This document shows positions 24,545-36,646 of a stretch of 64,000 nt of DNA, one piece after another. Positions within the stretch are counted from its first letter, which is position 1. Each line of letters opens with the position of its first letter. The stretch lies in contig MU058241.1 of assembly GCA_013265495.1 (NCBI GenBank), positions 310,001 to 374,000 of the forward strand, in the 5' to 3' direction. Both the position numbers and the translations under genes were made by a program. The DNA comes from Vicugna vicugna (taxonomy: Eukaryota). Under the pieces are notes generated by a model that did no database searches, was not told the origin of the DNA, and saw only the letters and a list, made by a program, of their open reading frames with translations.

Positions 24545-25690
24545 TCTCCATTGCATTTCTCATTTCATTCCTTGTATTCTTAAGCTTCAGAATTTCCCTT
24601 TGGTTCCTTTCAATGATTTCTATCCCTCTGTTAAATTCCTCTTTTTATTTGTATTGTTTTCCTAATTTTGCTGAATTGTCTTTCTGTGTTTTGTAGCTCA
24701 CTGAGCTTCCTTAAAATGACTATTTTCAGTTCCTTACTGGGCAAATCGCAGATCTCCATTTCCTTAGAGTTGGTTACAGGAAAATTAATGTGTTCTTCGT
24801 GGCCATGTTTCCTTGATCACTCATGTGCCTTGAAGTCTTGTGTTGCTGTCTTCACTTTTGAAGAAGCAGTCACCTCCTCCAGTCTTTACTGACTGGCTTT
24901 GGAAGAGAAATATCTTCTGTCAGCCCTGCTGGGGATTCTGAGGCTTTCTCAGGCCCTCTTGCGGGAGAGGGGCAGGAACTCTTAAGACTACCTGCCTTCT
25001 CTTGATCCTGCAAAGCCAGGCTGACGGCTGACAACCTCCCATTTCTTTCTCCAGAGAGGTGCTGAGTGCTCACGTTTGTGTTTCTCCCAGTGCCGCAGAG
25101 CCAGCCTGGGGAAGCCAGCCACAGTGTGACGGTGTGCGGGTGAGGCATACAGAGCCTGGGGGGATGCCCAGGGGCTGGCTGGGGGCATCCCGAGGCCAGG
25201 CGCCCCAGGACCTCCTGTGTCGGCTTCCTGATGGAGTCCGTGAAGCAGGTGGTGAGGTCTGTGCCCCACTGTCCTCCTCTGAGAACACCAACCGCTGATC
25301 TCTCAGCCATCCCTTCCCCAAGTCACCCACCTCCTCTCCATGTTCTGGGTCAGGCATGAAGGAGCAGAGTCTCTTTGGCAGTGCCCTGCGCATCTGGGGA
25401 GGCCAGGTGCTCACTGACAGGCTCTCTCTGCCCCAGGAAAAATCTTGGGGCTGAGCCGCACCACCTTGGGGAAGGAATGACGGGATAAAATCAAACTGTT
25501 CCTCTTCCCTCTTCATTGTGTCTAACCTCGGATTTTTTTTTTCCCCCTCCAGCGCTGTGCTGGAGCTTCTCCACTGGACTCCTGGACATCACAGAGGTGC
25601 TGTCTTCGTGAGTGATGGTCAGAATCAGTGTTCCATCTGGGGAAGGTAGGAGAAAACTCCTGTTCTGCCATCTTGCCCACATCATTCCCT
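24545..25690 (-). mobile_element. L1 5' end (5' UTR plus ORF1 N-terminus; L1M2/M3-like)
   Basis: Antisense ORF1 N-terminal sequence 'gtagctcactgagcttccttaaaatgactatttt'. GC-rich UTR ending in gccatcttg (CAAGATGGC on minus, the L1 5' YY1 motif) at 25667-25675. Confidence 0.8.
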
Positions 25691-25791
25691 CCTGTTTTCT
25701 TCTCTGTGTTTATGAGTTTAGGTTTCTCATTTTGTCTTGGTTATTCACACGTGTTTTCTCTGGGCCAGGGTCTTTTCTTTCCCGCTCCTAA

Positions 25792-26019
25792 CAGGGACTG
25801 GCACATTATTTTTTCTGTAAAAGGCCGGGTAGTACGTATTTTCAACTTAGCGGGCCTTGTAGTCTCTGTCTCGATGATACCACTCTGCCTTTGTAATAGG
25901 AAGGCAGCCACATGTGCATTATGTGAACGAATGAGTTTGGCCTTGGGCCAATAAAACTTCTTTACAAAAACAGGTGTTGGGCTGGATTTGGCCCAGGGGC
26001 CACGGTGTGCCCACCCCTG
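25792..26019 (+). mobile_element. MER58A (hAT-Charlie)
   Basis: 'caggg...ttttctgtaaaaggcc..gtagta..tatttt', 'ccaataaaacttctttacaaaaacagg...gctggatttggccc...cccctg'. Confidence 0.9.
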
Positions 26020-26879
26020 CCTGAATCTGTGACGCCTTCCCTACCTCACCCCACCCAGGGAGAAGGAGGTAGATGAAAGCATATCATAGCTCTTTGTTTT
26101 TGGCTGTGATTATCTAAAAGGGAGGTAACGAGGGAGGTGTCAAACATAGACACATCACAGTTCCCTCACTGCCCTGTGATGACAGAGCCCTGTGACCCTG
26201 CACACAGCTGTTCATCCGTCAGGGTGCATGTGTTGGTCATATTGCTCATCGCCAGTACTGTTGTTTAATGTGTTTTCTGGTGAGGGAATTAGGCAGACCC
26301 CAAAGGGAATGGCTTTGTAACTGCCTATGCAGTCTTCCCAGGAATAGACAATCGGGGTTGAGCGGAAGATGAGATAAAGAGGACATCTGGTGTTTGAAAG
26401 GAGGGACCCCGCTGAGTTGATGTTAAAATCTCACATCATCGCTCTGGCTCTGTCTTTGGAAGAGCACTGATCAGTCTGCGTGAGGGAAAGGTCTCAAGTT
26501 TGCCCTGCCTCTGTGTTCTGTTAATTTCATAGTCCTGGGTCTTGCCCTGGAATATATTTAATCAATATTTGCCTATTTACAGAGGGTTTTGTCTCTTATT
26601 CCTCTGTGTGGGCTGATCTGAAATTACTCCAGACGTTCTGTGATCACCAACTGCCAATTTTCCTTTTCAAGTAGATAACCTGGAACTGTATTCATGCTGC
26701 ACAGGAGGTCAGCTTCCAATTTCTAGTTGTCTTAGAAAGACTTAATTATTCATCGACATTTCTGGAATTTCCAGCATGATCTTTAATTATCTTTCCAGTA
26801 TGATGACATAGGTAATCTTTTTAAAATAAGTGAATAATTAATTTTCTTTGACTGTGGAAGAATGGGCAAGGTATGGAAG

Positions 26880-27130
26880 CTATGATGCCTGGTTGAGAAT
26901 CTGGCTTTGGAGCATGAGGGCTCTGAGGTTAACTTTGTAACTCTGCCCACACACTGTGATTTTGGCCCAATTGCTTCATCCCTCTGAAAATAAAGTCAAG
27001 CATCTAAAAAATGGGGATAATAATTCCTACCTTTTGGAATAGCTGTAAGAATAAGAAATAATGTAAATAAAGCTACTCACACAGTGCATTGCACAGAATA
27101 CTTTCTCAACAAATGGAAAATTGTATTATA
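26880..27130 (+). mobile_element. MIR SINE
   Basis: Core 'ctgtgattttggcccaattgcttcatccctctg...catctaaaaatggggataataattcctacct'. Confidence 0.85.
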
Positions 27131-30100
27131 GTAAGATCATGTGAGTGGAATGCAATGTATTGTACTACTGGGTGAGTGATGAAAATTCTTGATTTAGTTT
27201 AACCATCTATTGAACTTTAGTTCAATTGCAGTGAAGCAGTTAAATTAAAAATTAGATTGGAGGCACTTTTTAATTCGTGTTAGTAAAGTCTTGTGGAACA
27301 TAAGGTAGGAGATCATAAATAACCATAACTGTCTGTTATTTCAAATTCATGTGAACCAGTAATCAGTCGTCTTTCCAATAGGTTTTTGCTTGCCAGTCAC
27401 AATAGCAGACTTTGTTACTTAGGTTCCCATCCCGTGCTCAGCTTTGGCTGAGTACTGAGGAGCAGAGCTCTTGCTCCAAAGCAGGGCAGAGAGAGTTCCC
27501 GATGGAATGCACATCCTTCATGGGTAGGCACTCGGCTGTGAGCCCATCAAGACCAGGTCTTTCCTCCAGTGTACAGGGTAGCTTGCACTGCTGTCTAGAC
27601 AACAGCGTTTGTGGAGAAAATTGCTTACATTCCCTGAGTTTTAATTTTGTCATCAGTGAAGCAAGAAGGTTTGGTGCTTTTGGCCTCTGAGATCTTTTCT
27701 CAGCTCTAATGTTCTGCAATTCCAAGGCATTTCCATGGTGAGAATTAGAGAAGTTGGATTTTCTTCCACAAATACCCCTTTTTAACAACCCAAACCCAAT
27801 TTTATTCTTGGCTCTCTGAGACAAAGGGGGTGGCTTATTGTTTATTCCCTCTTTCCTAGCATCTATTTTAGTGCTAGGAATTTGTGGGTGCTTAGTAATA
27901 AGGACAAAGTGTTGAAGAGACCGAAGTAGACACTTCAGCGCTAACTAGAAGGGGAGATGCTGACGTAGGTCCATAGCATTGGATGTCACTGCCTTGCGTG
28001 CATAGACTCCTTATCTGACTTCAGGCAGGGTGGGTGGTAGGGGCAATGCTGTACCGTCCATTCTGTCCACAAGCAGTGCCTTGAAACAGCACGGTTCCCA
28101 GGAATGACTTAACAGTGTGGCTGTTGGCCAACAAATACTCAACTATGACCTCACACTTGGAAGGGCATTTGCTTGGCTTTGATTTCTTCAACCGAAGATT
28201 AAAAAAAAAAGTGTCCAGTGCATATGACAGCATGTCTCCCCATCAGTTCATAATTTCTCCAGTCCAAAAAAGAAAAAAACCTAAAAAATAACCAATAACA
28301 AAGCAAAGCTTTCTGGTATACACCATGTGCTTTCAATTCCTAGATGCTCAGTGCTAAACACTAAATAACTAGAGAGTGATTTAATAAATTGTTTCACAAT
28401 TGATCTTTAAAAATTTCTCTTAGTGTTTACAGAGAGTCTGCCCTCATCATAAGCTGTGTTAAAGAGGCCTCTTCTGCCCACACACCTGTTCTCCATAATG
28501 TTCAATAATAGCTAAGAAAAGAAATCTCTGAAATGTAATTTGCTCCTTTTGTGGTGAAAAGTAATCGGTCACGGGAGATTATTATCAGCCAGCTCTTGAA
28601 TTTCAGACATATAACCTCTGCAGAAAGGTTTAAAAACAATTAGGAAAATGCTACTGTCTGCTTTTTACAAAAAGTTGTGCAGAAGACATCAGGGGATACA
28701 CATTTATCTCCTAGAATAGCTGACCTATTTACTCATCTTCCTGCTGTTATTTCAGCTGATAGCTGCAATTATTCAGATTGTGTGAATTCATCACATAATG
28801 TTCTTTGACTAAAGTCATGCTAGAATTAATTTCCTAATCATTTGAGATGGTTTAAAATATCGTGGGCTCCGGTGGATTCATTAAGTAGTGTAATTGCATT
28901 TAGATCAACCATTCCCCCACTGTTTGTTTTTCTTTTCCTCTCTTTCCGAAAGAAGTAGAATTCTCTTCCCACCCTGCCCTCCTCTCCGGGCCTTCTCTAG
29001 GATCTCTGGTCTGGCAGCTGCAGAACCCATATGGCAGTCAGGTTCTGACTCCTGCAGCTGCTGGCTTCGTTCTCCTCAAAGCTCTGGACGGTGGACTTCA
29101 TCCAAGGGCTTTATGGTCTCCATAGCAACTGGGACAGCCACAGGTCCTGGCATTTCCTTCTGGAAAATAAGATTGTGGATGCATGCATTGTCTATTAGAT
29201 ATGTGTGTTGCTGAAAATATTCTCTCTAAATCTCTGAAAATCAAGTGAAATTTCAGTGTATCAGGAGGACTTGGTTTTGGGAGACACTCGATGAAGAATC
29301 GTTTAGTAAATTGGGTATTTCCATTCTTCCAAGAATTTATTTTTGGTGAAAGCTGCATTGACCGTGAGTGAGGTACAGCTGTGAATTTTTATCCAGTTCC
29401 CTTCTGCTGACTCCTTCGTGTTTAAAGACGGGCCCTGTAGTCGTGAAGGCAGAGTTCCCCACCCTCTTTCCCTGCTGGTTGTGAGTGACCTGTAGCTGTT
29501 GAAGCCTTCATGTCCATTGGTGTTGATGCTTCTCCCTGCATCTCTGACTCTGGTTTGTGTCTGGCATGGAACTTTCTGTCCATTCCTACCTTGGATCATA
29601 AATGAAGAGTTAGTTACTGAGGTATTCACACCCATTTTCCAGATAACTTTGTGTCACTATTTAATCTTTAGTGCATTTAATATTTAGAGGAAGCTCTCCA
29701 GAACTATGCATATAGTTGCATTAAAGCCCTACTGTGGCAGGAGACCTCATTTGGAAAATGCTGACATTTTCAGGATATCCAGTGTGTCAGACTCTGCTCA
29801 GGGCCCTGCTTTTTCATCTCCTAATCCCACCAGTCCCGTGGACGAGGCAAGGCTGCTTGATGCCCCTGGGTGGGGCTCACTGGTCCAAGGCCAGTGTGAG
29901 TTGTCACTGCCTTTTCTCATTGGTTGGAACCCACATCATATCAGCAGCTAGATATTTTGAATATCACACCTGGAAAGAATTATTATTATCCCTCTCTTAC
30001 AGAATCTAAAGGAGACTCCAAATTGGTAGGAAAGACTCTTCCAGAATGTTATCTTTTCACAAATGGCTAAACTATTTAGACTGACCTTTTAGATTTGTTA

Positions 30101-30286
30101 ACAATGGTGCTTCACTTAGACATTTCGGAGAGCCATATGGCATAAAGGACTTAGGTAACTTTAGCCCCTTTTCCCATCATTTAAAGACTGAGGTAGTTTT
30201 GTATTTTACATGACTGCAACTCACAGACTACTGACTGGGAAAAAATATATGTGTATTTTCTCTTTGTTGTGTGTGGTTACGTTTAG

Positions 30287-30352
30287 AAGCTGTTTAATGA
30301 GATTTGTGACAAGACAAGTGAGCAAGACTCTGTGCTATTGATCAAATGTCAG
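30287..30352 (+). other. Candidate internal exon (66 nt; KLFNEICDKTSEQDSVLLIKCQ), gene unknown
   Basis: Pyrimidine/T-rich tract plus 'tttag|', donor 'CAG|gtaagg', a single open frame, phase 0-0. No homology recognised. Confidence 0.3.
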
Positions 30353-31949
30353 GTAAGGAACTGCTCTAATAATGATGGACAGTTAATCCATATATTCAGA
30401 CTCATAGACTATGTTCTCTTCTCTGAAGAAATTGGGCAAAGGTGTTGGCCACAATCCCGTTTGCTGAAAGCGTGAAATACAATTGGATGAGTCAAGTTAG
30501 AGAATATAAAGTGATCCTCTCGTTTCAAGGAAGAACGCATGCTTGATGCCATTGTCTCACTGAGGACACACGCAGTGTCGTTTAAATTATCGATTTAATT
30601 TTGGTTTGATCATTTCATTTTGAAAGCACAAAAGGATTTGAGAGTTCTTGGTAACCACATTCTCCATGCCTGACAAGTGGATAAAAATATGTAATAAATC
30701 CAATTGCTTTGAGATGGAAAAGAAAGTGCAAATTATTGGTATTTTTAGAAAATCATTATCCTTTAAACTTCTCACGTGCTCTTGTCAAGGGAACACAATT
30801 CACAGACAGTGTTAAGACAATCTGAATACAGCAAATTTGGGGGGAACTATATTTGAGATGGAATCTATAAAAAAAAGTTCAAAATGAATAGTTACTTGTT
30901 CTCAGATTATAGAACTAGAGTTTACACAGTAAACATAAAACCACCTGAAACCTGTAATATTTAACTTTCAATCTTCAGCGTAGTCTTATGATGTGTGTTA
31001 GTCATTTGCAGTGTGTGCCGGTCCTCTTCCTATCTGCCGTTTCTCATTGCTGTAGAGTGGGAAACACAGCCTGGCATTTGACCCTGAAAATTAACAATTC
31101 AGGAAACTCAAGGGGAAAACTCACTTAGAAATAAAATATTCATTTATGTTTTTATTGCTCATTACTTTAAACTCTTCCTTTGATGCAAATGTTAACACGA
31201 TGATTACTGATTCTCATTAGCCTTTCCTATAAAAGAGCAAGAAAAAAGTAAATTTGTGATGAAGTTTAGCAGAAAAGAAATATCTGTCTTCCACCCTCCC
31301 ACATTTACTGAATCCCTCAAGTGGGAAGAAATTGAGGAATCAGAGGATATGCTTTGGGAAAAAAGCAATTGCTGCAGTATGTGTATGTAGACTTATTTGC
31401 ATCTATATTTTATTTTGGAATGGGACTATCAGGAAATTATACGCTGCTCTAAGTGACCTACAGAGAGTGCTTCTTTTGCATAATACCCAGTACACCTTAG
31501 AAGAAGTGCGTGATAATCGTCAACGTGAGGAAATTAAATTGTTCAAGAATAGGAGTGGATCACAGACGGTAAAAGTACCCAGGCAGAGAAAATAGTTAGT
31601 AGAAAATTGAGGCCCTCAGCAGCAACATTAGGAAGTCTAGCCAAGAACTTTCGGTCATAAGAGGACTGAGCAAAGGCAAATTGACATTCCCTGCTGTGGT
31701 CTCTGGCGGGGGCCAGGTCTACCAGAAGGATGGGAAAGCAGTGGCGAGGACTGCAGATACCTAAAGCCACGTCAGGACTCTGACCCCCATCAAGTCATGC
31801 TTCAGTAAGACCCGGATCACATGTCTTGTTCCAGTGTGTACAGTTAATTACTTTGCAAACCTGAAATAGTTTTTCTTAGTGGATTTCTGTTTGGGTTTTT
31901 CAAATACGTATTCTGTTTTTATTATTGACAACAGAAAAAACTCTTTCTC

Positions 31950-33290
31950 TTAAAAATTGTCATAAGAACACTTAACAACTTGACATGAGATTTACACTTT
32001 TTACAAAATCTTATGTGCACAATACAGAATTGTTAACTGTAGTCTCAATGCTGGACAGCAGATCTCTAGCACCTACTCATCTTATATAACTGAAACTCTG
32101 TCCCCACTCAGCAGCAGCTCCCATCTCCCCTCCCCACTCAACAGCAGCTCCCACCTCCCCTCCTGACTGAACAGCAGCTCTCATCTCCCCTTCCCCAGCC
32201 CCTGCCACTTAGAGCAGTGTAAACTTTCCTGATAGTTCAGTTCCGAAGTAATAAAATTTGATTCTCTGCTTCTCTGTGTATTTCCTCGTTTAAGTGGAAT
32301 CGTGAAATTGTTTGTACTTTTGTGACTGGCTTATTTCATTGAGCGTAATGTGTTTCAGTTTCATCCATGTTGTTGCAAGTGCCAGGATTTCTTTCTTTAG
32401 GCTGAATAGTGTTTTATGTATGTATATATCACATTTTGTGTACCGGATATTCCTGTGTCAGTGGACACTTAGGTTGTTTCCACATCTTGGCTATTGTGAA
32501 TAATGCTGCAGTGAACATGGGAGTGCAGATATCTCTTTGAGATCCTGATTTCAGCTCTTGAGGATAAATACCCAGAAGTGGGATTACTGGATCATCTGGT
32601 AGTTCTGTTTTGAATTTTCTGAGTAACTTCCAGACTGTTTTGCATTGTGGCTGTACCAGTTTGCATTCCCACCAGCAGTGTACAGGGTTCCCTTTTCTCC
32701 ACGTCCTCGCCAATACTGACTTCCTGTCTTTTTCCTGATGGCCATTCTAACAGGTGTGAGTTGATACCTCATTGTTGTTTTGATTTGCTTTTTCCTGATA
32801 ACTGATAATGTTGAGTACCTTTTAATGTATCTGTTAGCTGTTTCTATGTCTTTTGGGGAAAACGTCTTTTCAAGTTCTTTGCTCATTTAAAAATCAGGTT
32901 ATTTATTTATTTATTGCTATTGAGTTGCATAAATTTCTTACATATTTTAGATATTAACCTCTTATCATATATATGGTTTGCAGATATTTTCTTCCATTCA
33001 GCAAGTTGCCTTTTTACTTTGCTGGTTTTTTCCTTTGCTTGGAGAAGCTTTTTAGTTTTAGGTAGTTCTGTTTGTCAGTGCTTTTGTTGCTTGTGTTTTT
33101 GGTGTCATGTCCAAGAAACCATTGCCTCGAGTAATATTATGAAGCGTTTTCCTTATGTTTTCTTCCAGGGGTTTCATAGTTTCAGGTCTTAATCCATTTC
33201 AAGTTAATTTTTGTGAGTGGTGTAAGATTAGGGTCTGATTTCATTCATTTACATGTGAATGTCTGGTTTTCCCAACACCATTTGTGGAAA
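31950..33290 (-). mobile_element. 5'-truncated L1 (L1MA9-like 3' end plus ORF2 C-terminus)
   Basis: 'acagcagatctctag..cctactcatctt..ataactgaaact'. ORF2 peptides [51 protein letters not shown]. Confidence 0.92.
32101..32190. repeat. Tandem triplication, 3 x 30 bp
   Basis: tccccactcagcagcagctcccatctcccc / tccccactcaacagcagctcccacctcccc / tcctgactgaacagcagctctcatctcccc. Confidence 0.95.
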
Positions 33291-34035
33291 AGGTCCCTCA
33301 TGTTTTTAAAGTAGATTTGAAGAAGTAATTACAACAGCCAGGCTCTTAGCTTATCCTTGGGCTGGCCGGATGATGCTGTCGCTGTCTGAGTGGTATGCTG
33401 GGAAGCCATGTGCGCACACACACACACACGCACGGGCACATACACACATCACAAGTACACACTCTCAAGGCAACATGTACTATGTACTTGTAGCTGCTGT
33501 GACAGCTTCACAGTATTAGTTCCAAAGCCAGGGACTTTCTTTCTTCCTTGCAGAAGATCACATTTTCCCCTTCTATTTTTTTTTGTAGGTACTATCATTC
33601 CTTCCATTTGAGGATTCTTCCTCCTCCTGCTTTGTTGTACAATGGCATGAGGAAGTCAACATGTCTCATACCTTCGCTTTGCCACTCTGTCCAAAACACA
33701 GAGACACTTTTGTTTCGAGGATTTTTATACTCATAACTTTAGGGACTTAAAAAGCATTAGAGAATGTACTAAGTTTCCAGTCTCTTCTTAAGTGTCATCC
33801 ACTTTTGCTTTCTTTGTATTTTCTTGCAATTCCTTCATTAGAGTGCTTTATGGAAATATTTAGCTCTTCAGTTTTATAATTGAGTTTATAGCTCTCAAAT
33901 GTACTTTTCCTTTACACTGTCCTTTAGTTGCAATTAAAGAATAAATGTGCAAAGATTAACAAAAGGTATGTCAATATTTCAATAGTCAGTTAATATCTGT
34001 AGACCCTGGGCAGGTGTAGAAATGAGTGTTTCTTT

Positions 34036-34390
34036 GTGGTGGTCATCAGGTCATAGAGATTCTGATTCTCCCCTTTTACTGGATGCTTTTCCAGTGGATT
34101 TTAGGCCATGTAACATAATTTGGCAACAAAAATGATTGGAAGAGACATGACTTAACTTCTCGGCCTCTTCAGGGTAGTGCATGATTCATTATGTTTCTGT
34201 TCTTCTACCTTAATGATCATAAAAATATCCGCTGTTTTGGAGTCTTCATAAACCTGGGTCCTCAAGTGACATGAATGAGAACTCACTATGTGTTGGTCAG
34301 GGAGCATGAGTAAATAATATACTGTTTAACTAAGTCATCAGAATTTCAGGATTTTTGGGACATACAGCTGCGCCTCACCAACCTGACACA
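34036..34390 (+). mobile_element. Old MaLR LTR (MLT1H/I/J-like)
   Basis: 'ggccatgtaac..atttggcaacaaaaatga', 'aacctgggtcctcaagtgac', 'gcatgagtaaataa...taagtcatcagaattt'. Confidence 0.6.
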
Positions 34391-35796
34391 CCATCCTATG
34401 GAAACTGTGTCCTTGGAGAGGACTCTGTGCTGTGCTTCTCAGATACTGTCTCAGGACTGAGGCTCTCATTTCTATACCTGCAGGGGGTGTTGACAGCTGC
34501 GTCTGTGTCTGGGAGATGCACTTGTTGAGGGGAGAAACCTTGCTTATGTCTTCTCCCTGAGAACTACTCACACTCAATTGCTGACAGTTTCTTTCTTTCT
34601 GTATTTTCTATTATTACAGTCCCCTTGCTTCAATTTAGGACAACTTCAAAGGACCATCCAGCTCCAGAGTGTCCCACTGGATCAGCAGAAACCTTGGTGT
34701 CACCAACTCACAGTTCACCTTTTCTTTTTCCTGCACTTTCCCAAAGGTCTTGATTTTAAAAGTGCTACTTCCTCAACTCCCTGCCTGTCTCCATCTCAGG
34801 GTGTATCTCCCTGGTGAGAACTGAGGAAGTCCCACAGAGCAGTCATCAGATTTTCTTTTTTTTAACAGTGGCTAATGATACAATTATTATGTAAAGAAGG
34901 AAGGCTAATTTCACAAAATAGTGACATTGTAATAAATAATTACATTGATCTTAGATGGTTAAAATGAAGCTTACAGCATATGGTAAGTGAGAACGGTGTT
35001 CTTTGTCTAAATGCTGCCACTCCCCAGCGTGGACATCATGGCCCTTGGTTGGGCCGCTGTAACAAACCCAGTGAGTGGCTCTGTTTTTCCAGTGTCCTGG
35101 CTAAGCTGCTCTATTAATGGGGTTCAAAAGAAAAAGGCAGGTTTGAAACATAACATGAGGAGGGGTTGGGGTATAATGTGAAGAAGAATTTCCCAGTGGA
35201 CATGATCAGGAACTTTGCAAGAGCTTTGTTGTGGGTGATCGTGAAATTACATTTCTTTGGACCATTCAAACTTAGGAAAAAGCATCATTTTCCCGGAACA
35301 GCGGAGCTGCAGTACTTTCAGAAAATAAAGAAAAGGCCTTAACAAATGGCCTTCTAAGGATAACTTCAGAATTAAAATATTTGTTTAATGGTAACATAGG
35401 CTTCGTGCCATATGGTTTAGGAATGGATTTCAGCTTCAATCAATGGGAAGCCCTTTCACTTGAAAATGACTCCCACCCTCAATTCCTGTACTGATTCCTT
35501 CCTGCTTCTTACCCTAGTACCTCTGAAAAGCAACAGCTAACCTACTGCCATAAGTTTTGAAGAATTATGACCAATTTCACCTGATAGAGCTACCTAGAAC
35601 ACCATAGGCCTGCTGGTTCACATGAAAGTAGGGGCAAAGATCTTCCTTCTGCCCTTCCTGTCTCTGAGGCTAGGCAGAGACTCCAAAGCAAAGACTGAGT
35701 TATCTTTTCTAGGCAGCTGTCATAAACCCCTGTATTTTTGTCTGGACACCAGACCTCAGAAATACTTGGCAGTTAGAGGGTTGGCTGGGAGCAGGT

Positions 35797-35848
35797 GGTT
35801 GTGTGCGGAACCCTGTGCAAAGGGTTGTGTGCAGAACCCTGTGCAAAG
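35797..35848. repeat. Tandem duplication, 2 x 26 bp
   Basis: ggttgtgtgc(g/a)gaaccctgtgcaaag twice. Confidence 0.9.
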
Positions 35849-36646
35849 GGATGGTCCCCAGAAGTAATACGGAAATGCACCTGGAGGATGCACTTGTGCA
35901 CAGACCCCTTTGAAGCAGGGTGTGCATCCCCTAGGGGTAGTTCTCATTTCAGTACAGCGTGCAAGTGACAGGTGAATATTTGCTATACATTGAGATGCAG
36001 ACCCAGGGCTGTGTAGAGCAGTCAGTTGATCTTAATATAAGTAGAAGAATGGAATTAGAAGAATACTGCAGATGGATGCAGAGTGAAGATGAGTGTAATC
36101 CATGCAGCCTACTTGGGGACAGCAGCCACAAATGGATGAGTCTCCTTTACATGTGAGAAGCAAATAAGAGCCAAAGCAAGACCAACAGCGCCTGTGGGAA
36201 AAGCTGCTGAATTAAAAGCAGTATTACCCTGAAAGCCCAGAAGGAGACTGAATTTCTAATATTGAGCAAATCAGGAAATAGAAGAGAACTTTAGAAAACT
36301 GTTAGGAATTCAAAATAAGATGGAAGGCAGCAAGCCAGAGAATGAAGTCCTGAGGGGGAATTAGAAAGAAGGAAAGATGAAAAACCAAAGGATGACATGA
36401 GGAAACAAGACGGGTGAAGTAAGAGAGGATGTGAGGAAATAAAAAATGTGATAGTGGAGTTGAAATGGGCATCAGAGGCAGTTAGGATTGCTTTGAGGTT
36501 AAAAAAAAATAGGATAAAAAGAGACATAAGTGAAAAATTGCTTTAGTTAAAAAAAAGATTCCTAAGAAAATGGGTTGTCAATCTATGCACTTTAAGGAGA
36601 AAAGAAGCTTATCTACAAGACATGCAAATTCAGTGAAATTTCCACC

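Noticed and set aside
24870..25516. Overlapping 146-148 aa ORFs
   Set aside because: They lie in the GC-rich L1 5' UTR, where stop codons are rare, and show no recognisable protein features.
27852..27880. 9-bp inverted repeat ttcctagca...tgctaggaa
   Set aside because: Too short to distinguish from chance.
32101..32190. CRISPR-like reading of short repeats (also 43668-43741)
   Set aside because: This is mammalian DNA with only 2-3 units, no series of unique spacers and no cas genes. They are simple local duplications.
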